A DNA stretch of 64,000 nt from positions 15,468-79,467 of the IMG/VR virus record IMGVR_UViG_3300045988_123515; one strand, written 5' to 3'. Source of the DNA: a virus. This document shows, piece after piece, positions 17,996-28,005 of the stretch; the first letter of the stretch is position 1, and the number at the start of each line of letters is the position of its first letter. The notes beneath the pieces were generated by a model. The model saw nothing but the letters and a program-made list of their open reading frames with translations, made no database searches and had not been told where the DNA came from. A program made the translations under genes and the position numbers.

Positions 17996-18388
17996 ATGAG
18001 AGGATTAAAACGTCAAAAGCAAACAATATACTGGTCTAGGATAGTCGAAGAACTTGACGGTATAGATACTAAACCAAAATATCAAAACCCAGAATTACAC
18101 AAATTTTCCGTATCAGCAACAGCAGGGACAAGTGAAGAACTGGCATCGGGTTATGTGCCTGAATACGATAGGTACATCACAAGTTTTGATCGAAATTTTA
18201 ATCCGCAGGAATCAGATGTTTTCTGGATTGATAAAATTCCAGAAATCAATGAGGATGGTTCTTTGGTTCTTGATGAATCCGGAAAGCCAACCGTTCCACC
18301 AGATTATGTTTTGGTTAAAATTATAAACAGCCAAAAGTCAAATGTGGCACGATACGGAATTTCAAAAATAGGTTCAGAAAATGGCTAG
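17996..18388 (+). CDS. putative head-tail joining protein
   Basis: 130 aa, assigned by position upstream of the tail tube gene. Confidence 0.3.
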   Translation: MRGLKRQKQTIYWSRIVEELDGIDTKPKYQNPELHKFSVSATAGTSEELASGYVPEYDRYITSFDRNFNPQESDVFWIDKIPEINEDGSLVLDESGKPTVPPDYVLVKIINSQKSNVARYGISKIGSENG

Positions 18389-18896
18389 AAAAATTATTAA
18401 ATGTAAGCTGAATGAAAAATCAATCCAGAGTGCAATTGATGAATTGAACAAGTATAAGGAAAACCTTATACGAAAGAACAAAATATTCGTTGATAAGCTT
18501 GCGGAAATTGGGTTGAATGTTGTACAAGTCACAATGGAATCAATACCTGATGAGGAAAAAGGTTCTTATTATACCGAAACCATAAATAACAGTAGTGGCG
18601 ATATAGTTGGTGTTGGTATTAGGCTTACAGGGGAAAATGTTCTTTTCATCGAGTTTTCGGCAGGTATTACTTATGGAACAGACACATATCCATTGCCCTC
18701 TGGCGAGCCGTATGGAGTTGGTACGTATCCTGGTCAAACACATGCTTATGACCCAAACGGATGGTGGTACATTGATAAAAGTGGACAGAAGCATCATTCC
18801 TATGGTAACAGGGCTTACATGCCTATGTATCATGCAGAAGAAGCTATTGTTTTGGCTGTTCATTCGGTTGCAAAAGAAGTATTTTCTGGTTCGTAA
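18381..18896 (+). CDS. putative neck/tail-completion protein
   Basis: 171 aa, assigned by position only. Confidence 0.3.
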   Translation: MARKIIKCKLNEKSIQSAIDELNKYKENLIRKNKIFVDKLAEIGLNVVQVTMESIPDEEKGSYYTETINNSSGDIVGVGIRLTGENVLFIEFSAGITYGTDTYPLPSGEPYGVGTYPGQTHAYDPNGWWYIDKSGQKHHSYGNRAYMPMYHAEEAIVLAVHSVAKEVFSGS

Positions 18897-18898
18897 AG

Positions 18899-18943
18899 TT
18901 GATACTAGATGATACTGAATGATACGGATATCTTTGGTATAAT
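18899..18943 (+). promoter_or_regulatory. GATAC-repeat module B
   Basis: GATAC at 18901, 18911 and 18921, with TATAAT at 18938-18943. Confidence 0.6.
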
Positions 18944-18952
18944 GTAATGTAT

Positions 18953-18985
18953 AAAAGCATCTACCTGATTGGTGGGTGCTTTTTT
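18953..18985 (+). terminator. intrinsic-terminator-like hairpin directly after the module B -10 box
   Basis: AAAAGCATCTACC-tgatt-GGTGGGTGCTTTT followed by a T run. Confidence 0.7.
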
Positions 18986-19009
18986 CGTACTCAAAATGAG
19001 GTGATGCAA

Positions 19010-19417
19010 ATGCTAGATACAGTAAAAAATCCAGTATCGGATACTTTTTCTTATTGGGGGAAATCCGTTGAAAAAGTTGTTGGAAAAGGCAATTACTCAA
19101 TGGATAGAAGTAAAACCTTAGCATCAAATAAAACAGCATACGCAAGGCTTTATATGCTCGGAAATCCTACATCACGTAGCGACCTTGAGGGGAATGAATG
19201 TGCCACTACACCATCGTTTCAGGTGGATAGTTTTGCATCGGGAACAAAACCATTAACTAAGGTATACAAGATAGACGATGCAAGCCACAAAGCTATGGTT
19301 GATATGGGGTATCGTAGAACATATGGCCCGGAATTAATGGAGAATGCTGATGGCAGTATAAAACGTGTTGTCAGCAGGTACAGCCGTGTATATGCAGGAA
19401 AATTATTAAACGAGTGA
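19010..19417 (+). CDS. hypothetical structural protein
   Basis: A GAGGTG RBS precedes the ATG at 19010. The longer ORF-track start would overlap the terminator hairpin. Confidence 0.45.
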   Translation: MLDTVKNPVSDTFSYWGKSVEKVVGKGNYSMDRSKTLASNKTAYARLYMLGNPTSRSDLEGNECATTPSFQVDSFASGTKPLTKVYKIDDASHKAMVDMGYRRTYGPELMENADGSIKRVVSRYSRVYAGKLLNE

Positions 19418-19438
19418 ACGCTTATGCGTTCTTTTTTT
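19416..19438 (+). terminator. rho-independent terminator
   Basis: GAACGC-ttat-GCGTTC followed by T7. Confidence 0.85.
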
Positions 19439-19467
19439 ATGCTTAAAACGAAAGTGAGGTGAGAACT

Positions 19468-19761
19468 TTGGAGCAGATTTTGAATTATGTAAAACCAGAA
19501 CTCCTGATTGTGGCAGTTGTGCTTTACTTCATTGGAATGGGAATCAAGAAATCTGAAACGATTTCTGACAAATACATTCCGGCAATCTTGGGTGTACTTG
19601 GAGTTTTGATTTGCGGAATATACGTTATTGCAACATGCAGTATATCTGGTGGTCAGGAAATCGCAATGGCTATTTTTACCGCAATCACGCAGGGAATCCT
19701 TGTAGCAGGACTTAGTAATTACGTGAACCAGATAATTAAGCAGGCAGGCAAAGAAGATTAG
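19468..19761 (+). CDS. holin-like protein (3 TM segments, charged C-terminus)
   Basis: TM segments LLIVAVVLYFIGMGI, IPAILGVLGVLICGIYVIA and IAMAIFTAITQGILVAGL, ending KQAGKED. TTG start 8 nt after GAGG. Confidence 0.55.
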   Translation: MEQILNYVKPELLIVAVVLYFIGMGIKKSETISDKYIPAILGVLGVLICGIYVIATCSISGGQEIAMAIFTAITQGILVAGLSNYVNQIIKQAGKED

Positions 19762-19840
19762 AAAGGACGGTGATCCTTTACATCTCCCAGCACAGGGTTA
19801 CGTGCAACAGTTCACTATTCACAATTATTGAAATGGAAAT

Positions 19841-19865
19841 GGCAGGTAAAATCCTGCCTTTTTTA
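19841..19865 (+). terminator. rho-independent terminator
   Basis: GGCAGG-taaaat-CCTGCC followed by T6. Confidence 0.8.
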
Positions 19866-19900
19866 TTGCATAAAATTCTTTTGAAGAAAGGAGATAAATA

Positions 19901-20383
19901 ATGTCTAGACTTACAACCCTTGGGGTGACGTTTGGTTATGGAGTTGAAACAATTGCTGGAACCAAACCTACAAAATTTACACAACTTGAATTACCATCGT
20001 CCATTGGCGGTATTTCCCTTGATACAGAGCAGATTGACGTTTCCGCTCTGGAAGATTTTATAACTCAGTATGCCGCAGGCAGACAGGATACAGGCGGTAC
20101 ATGGGAAGTCGAATTTATCATGGATCCAGACAAATCTGTTAAGCAGATTAAGAAACTGTATGAAGAATCCAAAACCGCAAAAACTGGCGGTAAAGCAACA
20201 TGGTTCCAGGTTAATTTCCCAGATATGACAGATGCATTTTTTGTAATTGCAGAGTGTGGTAGGGAAATCCCGATGCCGGAAATTGGCCAGAATGAGGCTG
20301 CTACAATGTCTATTTCTCTTATCATTTCAGAGTATAAGGGACTTGACACAAAAGTAGAGTGGACACCGGCAACAGACGTTTAA
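19901..20383 (+). CDS. major tail (tube) protein
   Basis: 160 aa, immediately upstream of the G/GT chaperone pair and the tape measure gene. Confidence 0.7.
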   Translation: MSRLTTLGVTFGYGVETIAGTKPTKFTQLELPSSIGGISLDTEQIDVSALEDFITQYAAGRQDTGGTWEVEFIMDPDKSVKQIKKLYEESKTAKTGGKATWFQVNFPDMTDAFFVIAECGREIPMPEIGQNEAATMSISLIISEYKGLDTKVEWTPATDV

Positions 20384-20409
20384 TATCATGAATTTCAGGG
20401 AGGCTAAAC

Positions 20410-20820
20410 ATGATAACTTTAAAAGTAAATGGCAAAGATTACAAACTTGTATTTGGATACGGAGCACTGTTAAAAACAGATATTCTGGACAGAATCCAGA
20501 ACTCAAACAAAGAAGGACTGAAAGGGGCAATTTCATTACTTCCAGAATTACTTCTTGTTGGTCTGCAAAAAAGACACAAAGATGAATTTGGATGGGAAAC
20601 AGAATCTGAAAAAGAAGTTGCTCTTGATAAGGTATACGACCTTCTGGATGAGTACGAAAGCGAAAGTACAGAGGATAATCCGCAGGATGGATTTATGCTT
20701 CTTCAACAAATGAATGATGAACTTGGTAAAAATGGTTTTTTATCCAGAATCATGAAGATAGCGGAAGCAGAGAGCCAGAATGCGACCAAGATTCCGCAGG
20801 ATCACAAGAAGAAATCCTAA
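20410..20820 (+). CDS. tail assembly chaperone (gpG analogue)
   Basis: 136-aa acidic protein before the tape measure gene. It contains a slippery site near its 3' end. Confidence 0.75.
   Translation: MITLKVNGKDYKLVFGYGALLKTDILDRIQNSNKEGLKGAISLLPELLLVGLQKRHKDEFGWETESEKEVALDKVYDLLDEYESESTEDNPQDGFMLLQQMNDELGKNGFLSRIMKIAEAESQNATKIPQDHKKKS
20736..20742 (+). promoter_or_regulatory. -1 programmed frameshift heptamer T_TTT_TTA
   Basis: In the G frame the codons are GGT TTT TTA. The -1 frame is open from 20730 to 21227. Confidence 0.7.
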
Positions 20821-21227
20821 CTTTTCATGATGCTGTTTATCAGCACATTCTTCCATTGTACTTGTCTTTAGGGGTTTCAAAAGCTGAGTTTATGGATTCC
20901 ACGCCATCGGAGTTGAAACCTTATTTGGATGCTGAAAAGCTACGCCAGGAACGCAAAGACGCAGAATTGTGGCAGGCAGGTATTTATACTACGTCTGCTA
21001 CTTTTACAGCAGTAGCCAATGCTCTTATGGGTAAAAAGTCCAAAGCCAAGTATTATGAGAAGCCACTATTGGAACAAGCGGAAGAAAAGAAAAGAGAAGA
21101 GGATGGGATTCTTTCTGAAGAAGAAAAGAAAAAGAGAAGAAATGCACTTCTTACAAGCCTACAGCTTATGCAGGCGAACTTTGAATTGAATCATAGTGAT
21201 GATGAAAAGGGCAGGCAGGATGAATAG
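20742..21227 (+). CDS. gpT-like extension of the tail assembly chaperone (GT fusion via -1 frameshift)
   Basis: The -1 frame overlaps the G gene 3' end by about 90 nt. It has no ATG start; the ORF track uses TTG 20856. Confidence 0.65.
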   Translation: MQNHEDSGSREPECDQDSAGSQEEILTFHDAVYQHILPLYLSLGVSKAEFMDSTPSELKPYLDAEKLRQERKDAELWQAGIYTTSATFTAVANALMGKKSKAKYYEKPLLEQAEEKKREEDGILSEEEKKKRRNALLTSLQLMQANFELNHSDDEKGRQDE

Positions 21228-21267
21228 TCTTGTCTGCCCTTATTTTTGATGAAAGGAGGGAGAATAC

Positions 21268-24200
21268 ATGGCTGAAAATACCATTGATACCCTTGAACTA
21301 CAAATTAGTAGTACAGCGGATGCGGCAGTCAAATCCATTAATAATATGTCCAGGGCATTGCAGAGTGTAAACAATACCATTACTGGTTTGAATTCTCATG
21401 GCTTACGTAGCTACGCAAAAGGTATTGGACAAGTTACCGCAGCTATTCAATCCCTTAATTCTGTAAATACCGGAAACATTGCCAAAGCGGTAACACAGCT
21501 TAAAGCACTAAGCAATATAGATTTTAGTAAATTTGAAAATAAGAAACTGAAAATAGATGTTGAGATTTCTGGTGGTGATGCTGCAAAGAAAATGCAGTAT
21601 GCCATTGAAAAATCTCTTGACCAAACCAAAATCGACACATCCAAAATTTCTGCACAGCTGATTAACGCTTTTGACTTAAAAGGTGGTGCTGCTTCCAGAT
21701 TGAGAAAGCAGATGGAAACGCTGGCAGAACAGCTTACAGCTTCTTTTGATGGAAAATCGTCTTTTAATTCTGGCGAATGGGGAAAAACCTTAGACCAGAT
21801 TGGAAATGATATTGTTAAAAGCGGTAAAACTGCAAGAAGTGAGTTGGGTAGTTATTTGGCAGGAGCGGAGCAGGAATGGATTGATTTTTATGATTTCTTC
21901 AAGAATAAGAAAATCTACGTTTCTGATATGCTTAAAAACGATGTCGGAAAGGGTGAATATCAGGATATTTTAAAGAACAATCTTGGTAATATCACAGTAG
22001 ACCCACTTAAAGGAATTAATCTGGATAAATCATGGAGTGAACTTGCTGATAAATTCCCAACCCTGATTTCACAAGACACAATTAATCAGGCAGATCAGCT
22101 TATTACAGTTCTTGAAACTTTAAAAAAAGTAAGAGATCAGATTAAGCCTATCAGCATTCAGGATTTATCCGGGGATGATTTATCATCTGCACAAAGCAAA
22201 GTATTTAGTCAGGTATCCGATACTGCAAGCCAGATAGGTACAAATATTGCCAAAAACATTCAGGATGCAGCAAAAACAGCAGATGGTCAATTTCCAATTG
22301 ATATTAAAATCAATCAAGATAAGATTGTGCATGATATTAAAAGTGCGATCAGTAAAGCATCTTCAATTACTTATGACCCCGTAAAAGTAACCCTTGATGT
22401 CGATACGAAAGAAATTAAGGATTCGATCAGTCAAAAGTTAAACAGCATTGATGCAGGGCAACTTCCACAAGTATCAGATGGACTTGAAAAAATTAAAAAC
22501 GCTTTGCAGTCAATGGCTGGATTGGATTTAAAGAGCACTGGAATCAATTCCACAATCAATGCTTTACAGAGGCTTGCCAGCACTGATTTGACGAATTTTG
22601 ATACTGCTAAGATATCTGGTATTTCTGATGCTTTATCAAAATTTGCAAATATACCCGACATTTCATTAAGCGTAAATCGTTTAGTTTCCTCTTTGGCTAA
22701 ATTATCTGCATCTGGTGGAAGCATCGGAACCGTAACATCTACTCTTCCTGTACTAGGCGATGCAGTCAGTAAGTTTGTGGCTAATGCATCAAATGCCGGA
22801 GCAGTTTCTGGACAATTAAATACATTTATTGCATCGTTGGCCAAATTAGCAACTGCCGGAAATAAGACTGGGCAAACAGCATCTCAGTTAGATTCCTTGT
22901 CGCAAGCAACATTGAATTTCTTCAACGTGATGAAAAATGCGCCTGAAATAAGTGCGAATACATTACGAATGACAGAAGCACTTGCACAACTGGCAAATTC
23001 GGGAAGTAAAGCGAATACAGCTACTAATATGGTTGCAAGCGGATTTAACCGATTATCTAGTGCAGGCAGAGGAATTACCGGTATTGGCAGTAAAATTGCT
23101 TCTGCGGTTTCCGGAGCAAGTAATTCATTGCTTAGTTATGGTAATACTGCGACAGGCACAGCAAAGAAAACAGGTAATCTGGTATCACGGCTTACCAGTC
23201 TTTATATAAAATTTTTTACGCTTAGTCGAATTATAAAATCTGTTTGGAAATCCGTTTCGTCTGCATCTGATTATGTTGAAACACTCAATTACTTCAACAG
23301 TGCTTTTGACCAAGTGACCGATGGCTTGGACACAAGCGGATGGGAAGATGCAGGAGCAAAATCAGCAGAGGAATATGTAGGCTCTTTTGAGAAACGTGCA
23401 AAAGAATTAACAAAAAAGCTCACCGGATTTGAAGTATCCGACGCAGGTGATCTAATGCGTTCTCAAAGCGGTAGCCTTGGCTTAAACCCTAATGATACGA
23501 TGAATTATCAAGCCACATACGCACAGATGGCATCTTCCATGGGAGCCACTGCCGATAATGCCACAAAACTTTCACAGGTATTAACTGAGATTGGTGGTGA
23601 CCTTGCGTCTGTAAAGAATCTTGACTTTAACGATGTATGGCAAGACATGGCATCCGGTATTGTGGGCATGAGCCGGGCATTGGATAAATACGGAATTAAT
23701 ATCCGTGTCGCAAACTTGCAGCAGGAACTTTACAATCTTGGAATTGATACAACTGTAGCAAAATTGAATCAGTCAGACAAGGCTATTTTAAGAACCATTG
23801 TAATCCTCAATAGTTCAAAATACGCCTGGGCGGACTTAGCTGAAACGATAAATCAGCCCGCTAATCAAGTCCGTATGCTCAAATCAAATTTTGAAGCACT
23901 GGCACGCTCAATTGGTACACTATTATTGCCTATTGTTGCAAAAGTGTTGCCATATTTGAACGGAATTACAATTGCAGTAGAACGAGTATTTTCTGGGATT
24001 GCAAGACTTTTAGGAATCAAACTTTCAGACTATGTATCATCCACAAAAAGTGCATCTATAGACATGGATTCCATGGCAGATGCATCTGATAATGCGGCTT
24101 CTGGGCTTGGAAATGCAGACAAAAACGCAAAGAAATTAAAGAAGTCTCTGTCTGTCTTACCATTTGACGAACTGAATCAGCTGAATAGCGATAAAGATTC

Positions 24201-27200
24201 TAGTGGTAGTTCTTCATCTGGTTCCGGTGGTGCAACACCACATATTCCGGCACTTGATGATGCACTTGCCGATGCTATTTCAAACTATCAAAAGGTTTGG
24301 GATGAAGCATTTGGGGGTATGGAGAATAAGGCTCAACAGGTTGCCAATAAAATTACTGATGCTTTTGAAAAAATCAGAAAAGCAGCAAAACCTACAACCA
24401 ATGCAATCAAAAAATTATGGAATGAGGGGCTTAGTAAGCTCGGTAATTTTTCTATTAATGCATTGAAAAATCTTTGGAAAAATTACTTAAAGCCAATGGG
24501 TAACTGGGTGCTTTCTGACAATTCAGGGCTTCCAAGATTCTTTAAAATTACTAACGACATCCTCAATAAAATCAATTGGTCAAAGCTTCAAACTGTTCTG
24601 AAAAATTTCTTTGAAATGCTTCAAAAACCAACGAAATTTGTCTGGACAGGACTTATGGATTTTTATGAAAATTTCTTAAAACCCATTTCTGCTTGGACAA
24701 TGAATGAAGCTATTCCAAGACTTGTTGACGCACTCACACGATTTGGAAACGCTATTCACTGGGATGAACTGAATGCAGCACTTTCAGATTTTTGGAGTGC
24801 GCTGGCACCGTTCGCTCAAAACGTAGGTGAGGGGCTTGTATCATTCTTTGAAAATCTTCTTAAAATAGGAGCGGATTTCATTAATGATAAGGTTCCGAAT
24901 GGCTTAAAATCCATTTCCGAAGCGTTAAAGAATATTGATCCAGAAACAGCCAAACAAATCGGTGTAGGGCTTGTAAAAGTAGCTGTTGCAATCGCAGGAT
25001 TTAAAGGCCTGACGTTTATCGGTAGCATAATTGGAAAAGATAGTCCTTTAGCAAAAGGTTTAGCATTACTATCTGGGCATCCGTATATCGCTATCGCATT
25101 TGGGTTGGCAGGTGTTGTGGCGGCATTGGATAATTTTGGCATCATAGACGTTGATTGGGAGTGGCTTTCCGGAGAAATTGGCAAGGTCAAAGATGCTATT
25201 TCCAATTTTATTGATAAAGTTGATTGGGATGCAATCGGTACATCAATCGGTAAATTTGCAGATGCATTTGCACCGTTTGCAGCAGGTTTTGCAGATAGTT
25301 TAATTGCTGGATTACAAGGGCTTCTTGATTTAGGTGCAGACCTCTTAAATGCAATCGGTAATGCAATTGGATGGCTGGGTGATGCCCTCGGAAAAGTTGA
25401 TCCAGAAATACTTCAAAAGTTAGGAAATGCGCTTGGTGTATTCGTGGAAGTCAAATTGACTTTTGCTATCGTCAGCAAATTAACAGGGTTAGCTGGAGCA
25501 ATTGTGACTTTTGGAAATTCTTTGGGAAACGGAAAAGTTGCTACCAATACTTCCACATTCGCAAAAACATTAACGCTTTTAAAGGGAGCAATTACTGGTT
25601 TGGCAGTTGGCATGGCTTTGACAGAAGAAACAGTGGGCGAAGCAAAGGATGCGGAAGGCTATGGACAGGACATGGAAAAAGGTTTTTCCTATTTGAGTGC
25701 AGCTGTGGAAGACCTTGGAGTAAAAGCAGGTGTTTCTGATGGACAAATGCAGCAATTGAATAGTCAACTTCAAAGTATGAAAGACCAAGGACTTATATAC
25801 GATCCCTCCGCACTCCAAAATTTTGCAGATAAATTATATGATGCAGGAATTAAAGCGGGAGATTTAAAAGATTCTGCTTTGAATACATCAGAAGTAGTTG
25901 ACCAGTTGCGAATTAGCCTTGGAGATTCTGAAAAAGCAGCTAACTTTGTAGGGAAAAATGGATTCACGTATTTATCTGGTGCGTTAAATTTAATGTATCA
26001 AAAAGGTAAAATAAGTCTTGACCAGTACAAACAATTGAATGAGTATCTAAACACAGAAGATGGTGCTAAAACTGCTGCCGAGAAATATAGGACGCTCTCT
26101 GATAAAATTTCAAAAATGGGAATAAATTCAGATGAACTCTACAATAATATGCCAAGTACCATCGAGTCCGCACTCAATCTTGCTCAAACAAGTATTGACA
26201 ATTTTAATGTATCTCCTGTAGTTGAAGGATTGCAATCGCTTACATCTGAGGCACAAAAAGTAGAATTTGCAAATCTTATAACGCAATCATCAAATGCCAT
26301 TGACGGCATGGGCGGCATCTGGAAAAATGGAAAACAAATCCTGGGTACTGATGCACTTGCTATACACAATGCCATTCAGGCCGGACTAGAGCCGGATAAA
26401 GATGGTTATTATGACCTTGGAAACGGTCAGATGGTACAATACGGTAAATCAATCAAGGACAATAAAGAACCAATCAAATCCACATTAGACGATACCTTGA
26501 AGTCAATACTTACAGACAAAGATCTGATGGGAGAGGGCTACAATCTTATGTATGATATATCCGGATATCATATTGACGGATATGTAGAAGGCATGGCAGG
26601 ATTAGGATATAAAGAGGTTAAGAAAGCTTATGAAGCTGCCTTTAACATAGATCAAAATGTTAAAGATAACACCAAAAAAGATGGAGAATCACTCGCTCGA
26701 AATACCGTTGCAGGATATAACGATTATTTGAAAAAGGATGGAGTGACAAATACTTCTCTTGTTACAGAGCAGTGGGCTAAGCAAGGAATCACTGATCCGG
26801 CAGAAAACAAGCTGGAGATTCATTCTCCATCCAAACTTTTTGCCCGATATGCAGAATATGTCGAAAAAGGCTACTCTGATAAAATCAAGAGCCTTGCGAC
26901 AATAACTGCTGCATCCATGAATACTTGGATTTTACAGGGAATCCAGACACCAATAATTAGTAAACTGAGGATTGAAAAAGGTAGTTCCGGTCTGGCAAGT
27001 GATTATGGCACAGCTTTTGGAAAAGGGTTATCTTCTGGTATACTTGAAACCAAAGATAAAAATGAATCCGCTGTCGGCACAGTTCTCTCCGCATTGAAAA
27101 CCAAGCTGAACACCTACAATACCTCATTTGAGAATATTGGTGGAAAGTACATGAGAAAGCTTAATTCAGGAATCAATTCTGAAAAGAATGATCTTGAAAA

Positions 27201-27735
27201 CAATGTAAAAAACATTACAGGAAGCGTTAAAAGTGCATTTGGTTCTATCCAAGATTCAATGTGGTCATATGGCCATAACGCAATCCAGAATTTTGCCAAC
27301 GGTATCCAATCAGTGCATATCAACCTTCCACACCTTAAAATGGATTATACTGATTGGCAGGATGGCGACAACCATAGATGGCGCTGGAACTCTTCTGTAG
27401 ATTGGTATGCTAAAGGCGGTCTGTTTAATGGCGCACAAGTAATTGGTGTTGGTGAAGCCGGACGAGAAGCTGTTCTTCCTCTGGAAAACCGCCGTACCAT
27501 GAACATGATTGCAGATAGCATTGTATCCAGTTCAGACAATACAATGGGATTGACCAAAGAAGAAATGGCACAAGCTGTAGCCCAAGGAGTTGCCATGGCA
27601 ATGATGAACAACTCTGGAAATAACCCGAAATATATCATGAACAGTATAAATGTCAATGGACGAGAGATTATGAAAGCAGTGACCGAAGCTGAAAACGATG
27701 CTAATTATCGTTTGAATCCGTCACCAGCTTATTGA
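21268..27735 (+). CDS. tail tape measure protein
   Basis: 2155 aa, alpha-helical and repetitive, positioned after G/GT. Confidence 0.9.
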   Translation: MAENTIDTLELQISSTADAAVKSINNMSRALQSVNNTITGLNSHGLRSYAKGIGQVTAAIQSLNSVNTGNIAKAVTQLKALSNIDFSKFENKKLKIDVEISGGDAAKKMQYAIEKSLDQTKIDTSKISAQLINAFDLKGGAASRLRKQMETLAEQLTASFDGKSSFNSGEWGKTLDQIGNDIVKSGKTARSELGSYLAGAEQEWIDFYDFFKNKKIYVSDMLKNDVGKGEYQDILKNNLGNITVDPLKGINLDKSWSELADKFPTLISQDTINQADQLITVLETLKKVRDQIKPISIQDLSGDDLSSAQSKVFSQVSDTASQIGTNIAKNIQDAAKTADGQFPIDIKINQDKIVHDIKSAISKASSITYDPVKVTLDVDTKEIKDSISQKLNSIDAGQLPQVSDGLEKIKNALQSMAGLDLKSTGINSTINALQRLASTDLTNFDTAKISGISDALSKFANIPDISLSVNRLVSSLAKLSASGGSIGTVTSTLPVLGDAVSKFVANASNAGAVSGQLNTFIASLAKLATAGNKTGQTASQLDSLSQATLNFFNVMKNAPEISANTLRMTEALAQLANSGSKANTATNMVASGFNRLSSAGRGITGIGSKIASAVSGASNSLLSYGNTATGTAKKTGNLVSRLTSLYIKFFTLSRIIKSVWKSVSSASDYVETLNYFNSAFDQVTDGLDTSGWEDAGAKSAEEYVGSFEKRAKELTKKLTGFEVSDAGDLMRSQSGSLGLNPNDTMNYQATYAQMASSMGATADNATKLSQVLTEIGGDLASVKNLDFNDVWQDMASGIVGMSRALDKYGINIRVANLQQELYNLGIDTTVAKLNQSDKAILRTIVILNSSKYAWADLAETINQPANQVRMLKSNFEALARSIGTLLLPIVAKVLPYLNGITIAVERVFSGIARLLGIKLSDYVSSTKSASIDMDSMADASDNAASGLGNADKNAKKLKKSLSVLPFDELNQLNSDKDSSGSSSSGSGGATPHIPALDDALADAISNYQKVWDEAFGGMENKAQQVANKITDAFEKIRKAAKPTTNAIKKLWNEGLSKLGNFSINALKNLWKNYLKPMGNWVLSDNSGLPRFFKITNDILNKINWSKLQTVLKNFFEMLQKPTKFVWTGLMDFYENFLKPISAWTMNEAIPRLVDALTRFGNAIHWDELNAALSDFWSALAPFAQNVGEGLVSFFENLLKIGADFINDKVPNGLKSISEALKNIDPETAKQIGVGLVKVAVAIAGFKGLTFIGSIIGKDSPLAKGLALLSGHPYIAIAFGLAGVVAALDNFGIIDVDWEWLSGEIGKVKDAISNFIDKVDWDAIGTSIGKFADAFAPFAAGFADSLIAGLQGLLDLGADLLNAIGNAIGWLGDALGKVDPEILQKLGNALGVFVEVKLTFAIVSKLTGLAGAIVTFGNSLGNGKVATNTSTFAKTLTLLKGAITGLAVGMALTEETVGEAKDAEGYGQDMEKGFSYLSAAVEDLGVKAGVSDGQMQQLNSQLQSMKDQGLIYDPSALQNFADKLYDAGIKAGDLKDSALNTSEVVDQLRISLGDSEKAANFVGKNGFTYLSGALNLMYQKGKISLDQYKQLNEYLNTEDGAKTAAEKYRTLSDKISKMGINSDELYNNMPSTIESALNLAQTSIDNFNVSPVVEGLQSLTSEAQKVEFANLITQSSNAIDGMGGIWKNGKQILGTDALAIHNAIQAGLEPDKDGYYDLGNGQMVQYGKSIKDNKEPIKSTLDDTLKSILTDKDLMGEGYNLMYDISGYHIDGYVEGMAGLGYKEVKKAYEAAFNIDQNVKDNTKKDGESLARNTVAGYNDYLKKDGVTNTSLVTEQWAKQGITDPAENKLEIHSPSKLFARYAEYVEKGYSDKIKSLATITAASMNTWILQGIQTPIISKLRIEKGSSGLASDYGTAFGKGLSSGILETKDKNESAVGTVLSALKTKLNTYNTSFENIGGKYMRKLNSGINSEKNDLENNVKNITGSVKSAFGSIQDSMWSYGHNAIQNFANGIQSVHINLPHLKMDYTDWQDGDNHRWRWNSSVDWYAKGGLFNGAQVIGVGEAGREAVLPLENRRTMNMIADSIVSSSDNTMGLTKEEMAQAVAQGVAMAMMNNSGNNPKYIMNSINVNGREIMKAVTEAENDANYRLNPSPAY

Positions 27736-27795
27736 TTTTCTCGTAACCGTGTGTTATTATATTAGCATATAAGAGGAGACACGGTTTGAAGTTTT

Positions 27796-27860
27796 GAGCC
27801 GCTGAGAAACTTAATATTTCTCTATTTGAGGAATTTTTTGTTTACTTGGCGGCTCTTTTT
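27796..27860 (+). terminator. long-loop hairpin plus T-run after the tape measure gene
   Basis: GAGCCGC (27796-27802) pairs with GCGGCTC (27849-27855), then TTTTTATTT. Confidence 0.4.
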
Positions 27861-27920
27861 ATTTAACCGTTAATTTTGGTAAAACCAGTGGGATAGGGTA
27901 GCTCCCGAAAAGCGTAAACC

Positions 27921-27949
27921 TTGATACGCCTGTCCACTGTTTTTATAAA
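27921..27949 (+). promoter_or_regulatory. sigma-A-type promoter for the inserted three-gene unit
   Basis: TTGATA, a 17-nt spacer, then TATAAA. Confidence 0.55.
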
Positions 27950-28005
27950 TCAAGGATTCTGGCATATTACGGAGACGCCAACGACCAACAAGGAGGTTAT
28001 CTATT

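Noticed and set aside
18540-19145. 201-aa minus-strand ORF
   Set aside because: It spans a + strand gene, GATAC module B and a terminator. It has no RBS and fits no coherent gene model.
21268-27735. Numerous 60-140-aa ORFs on both strands inside the tape measure gene
   Set aside because: All are nested in or antisense to a single continuous 2155-aa ORF in the expected genomic position.
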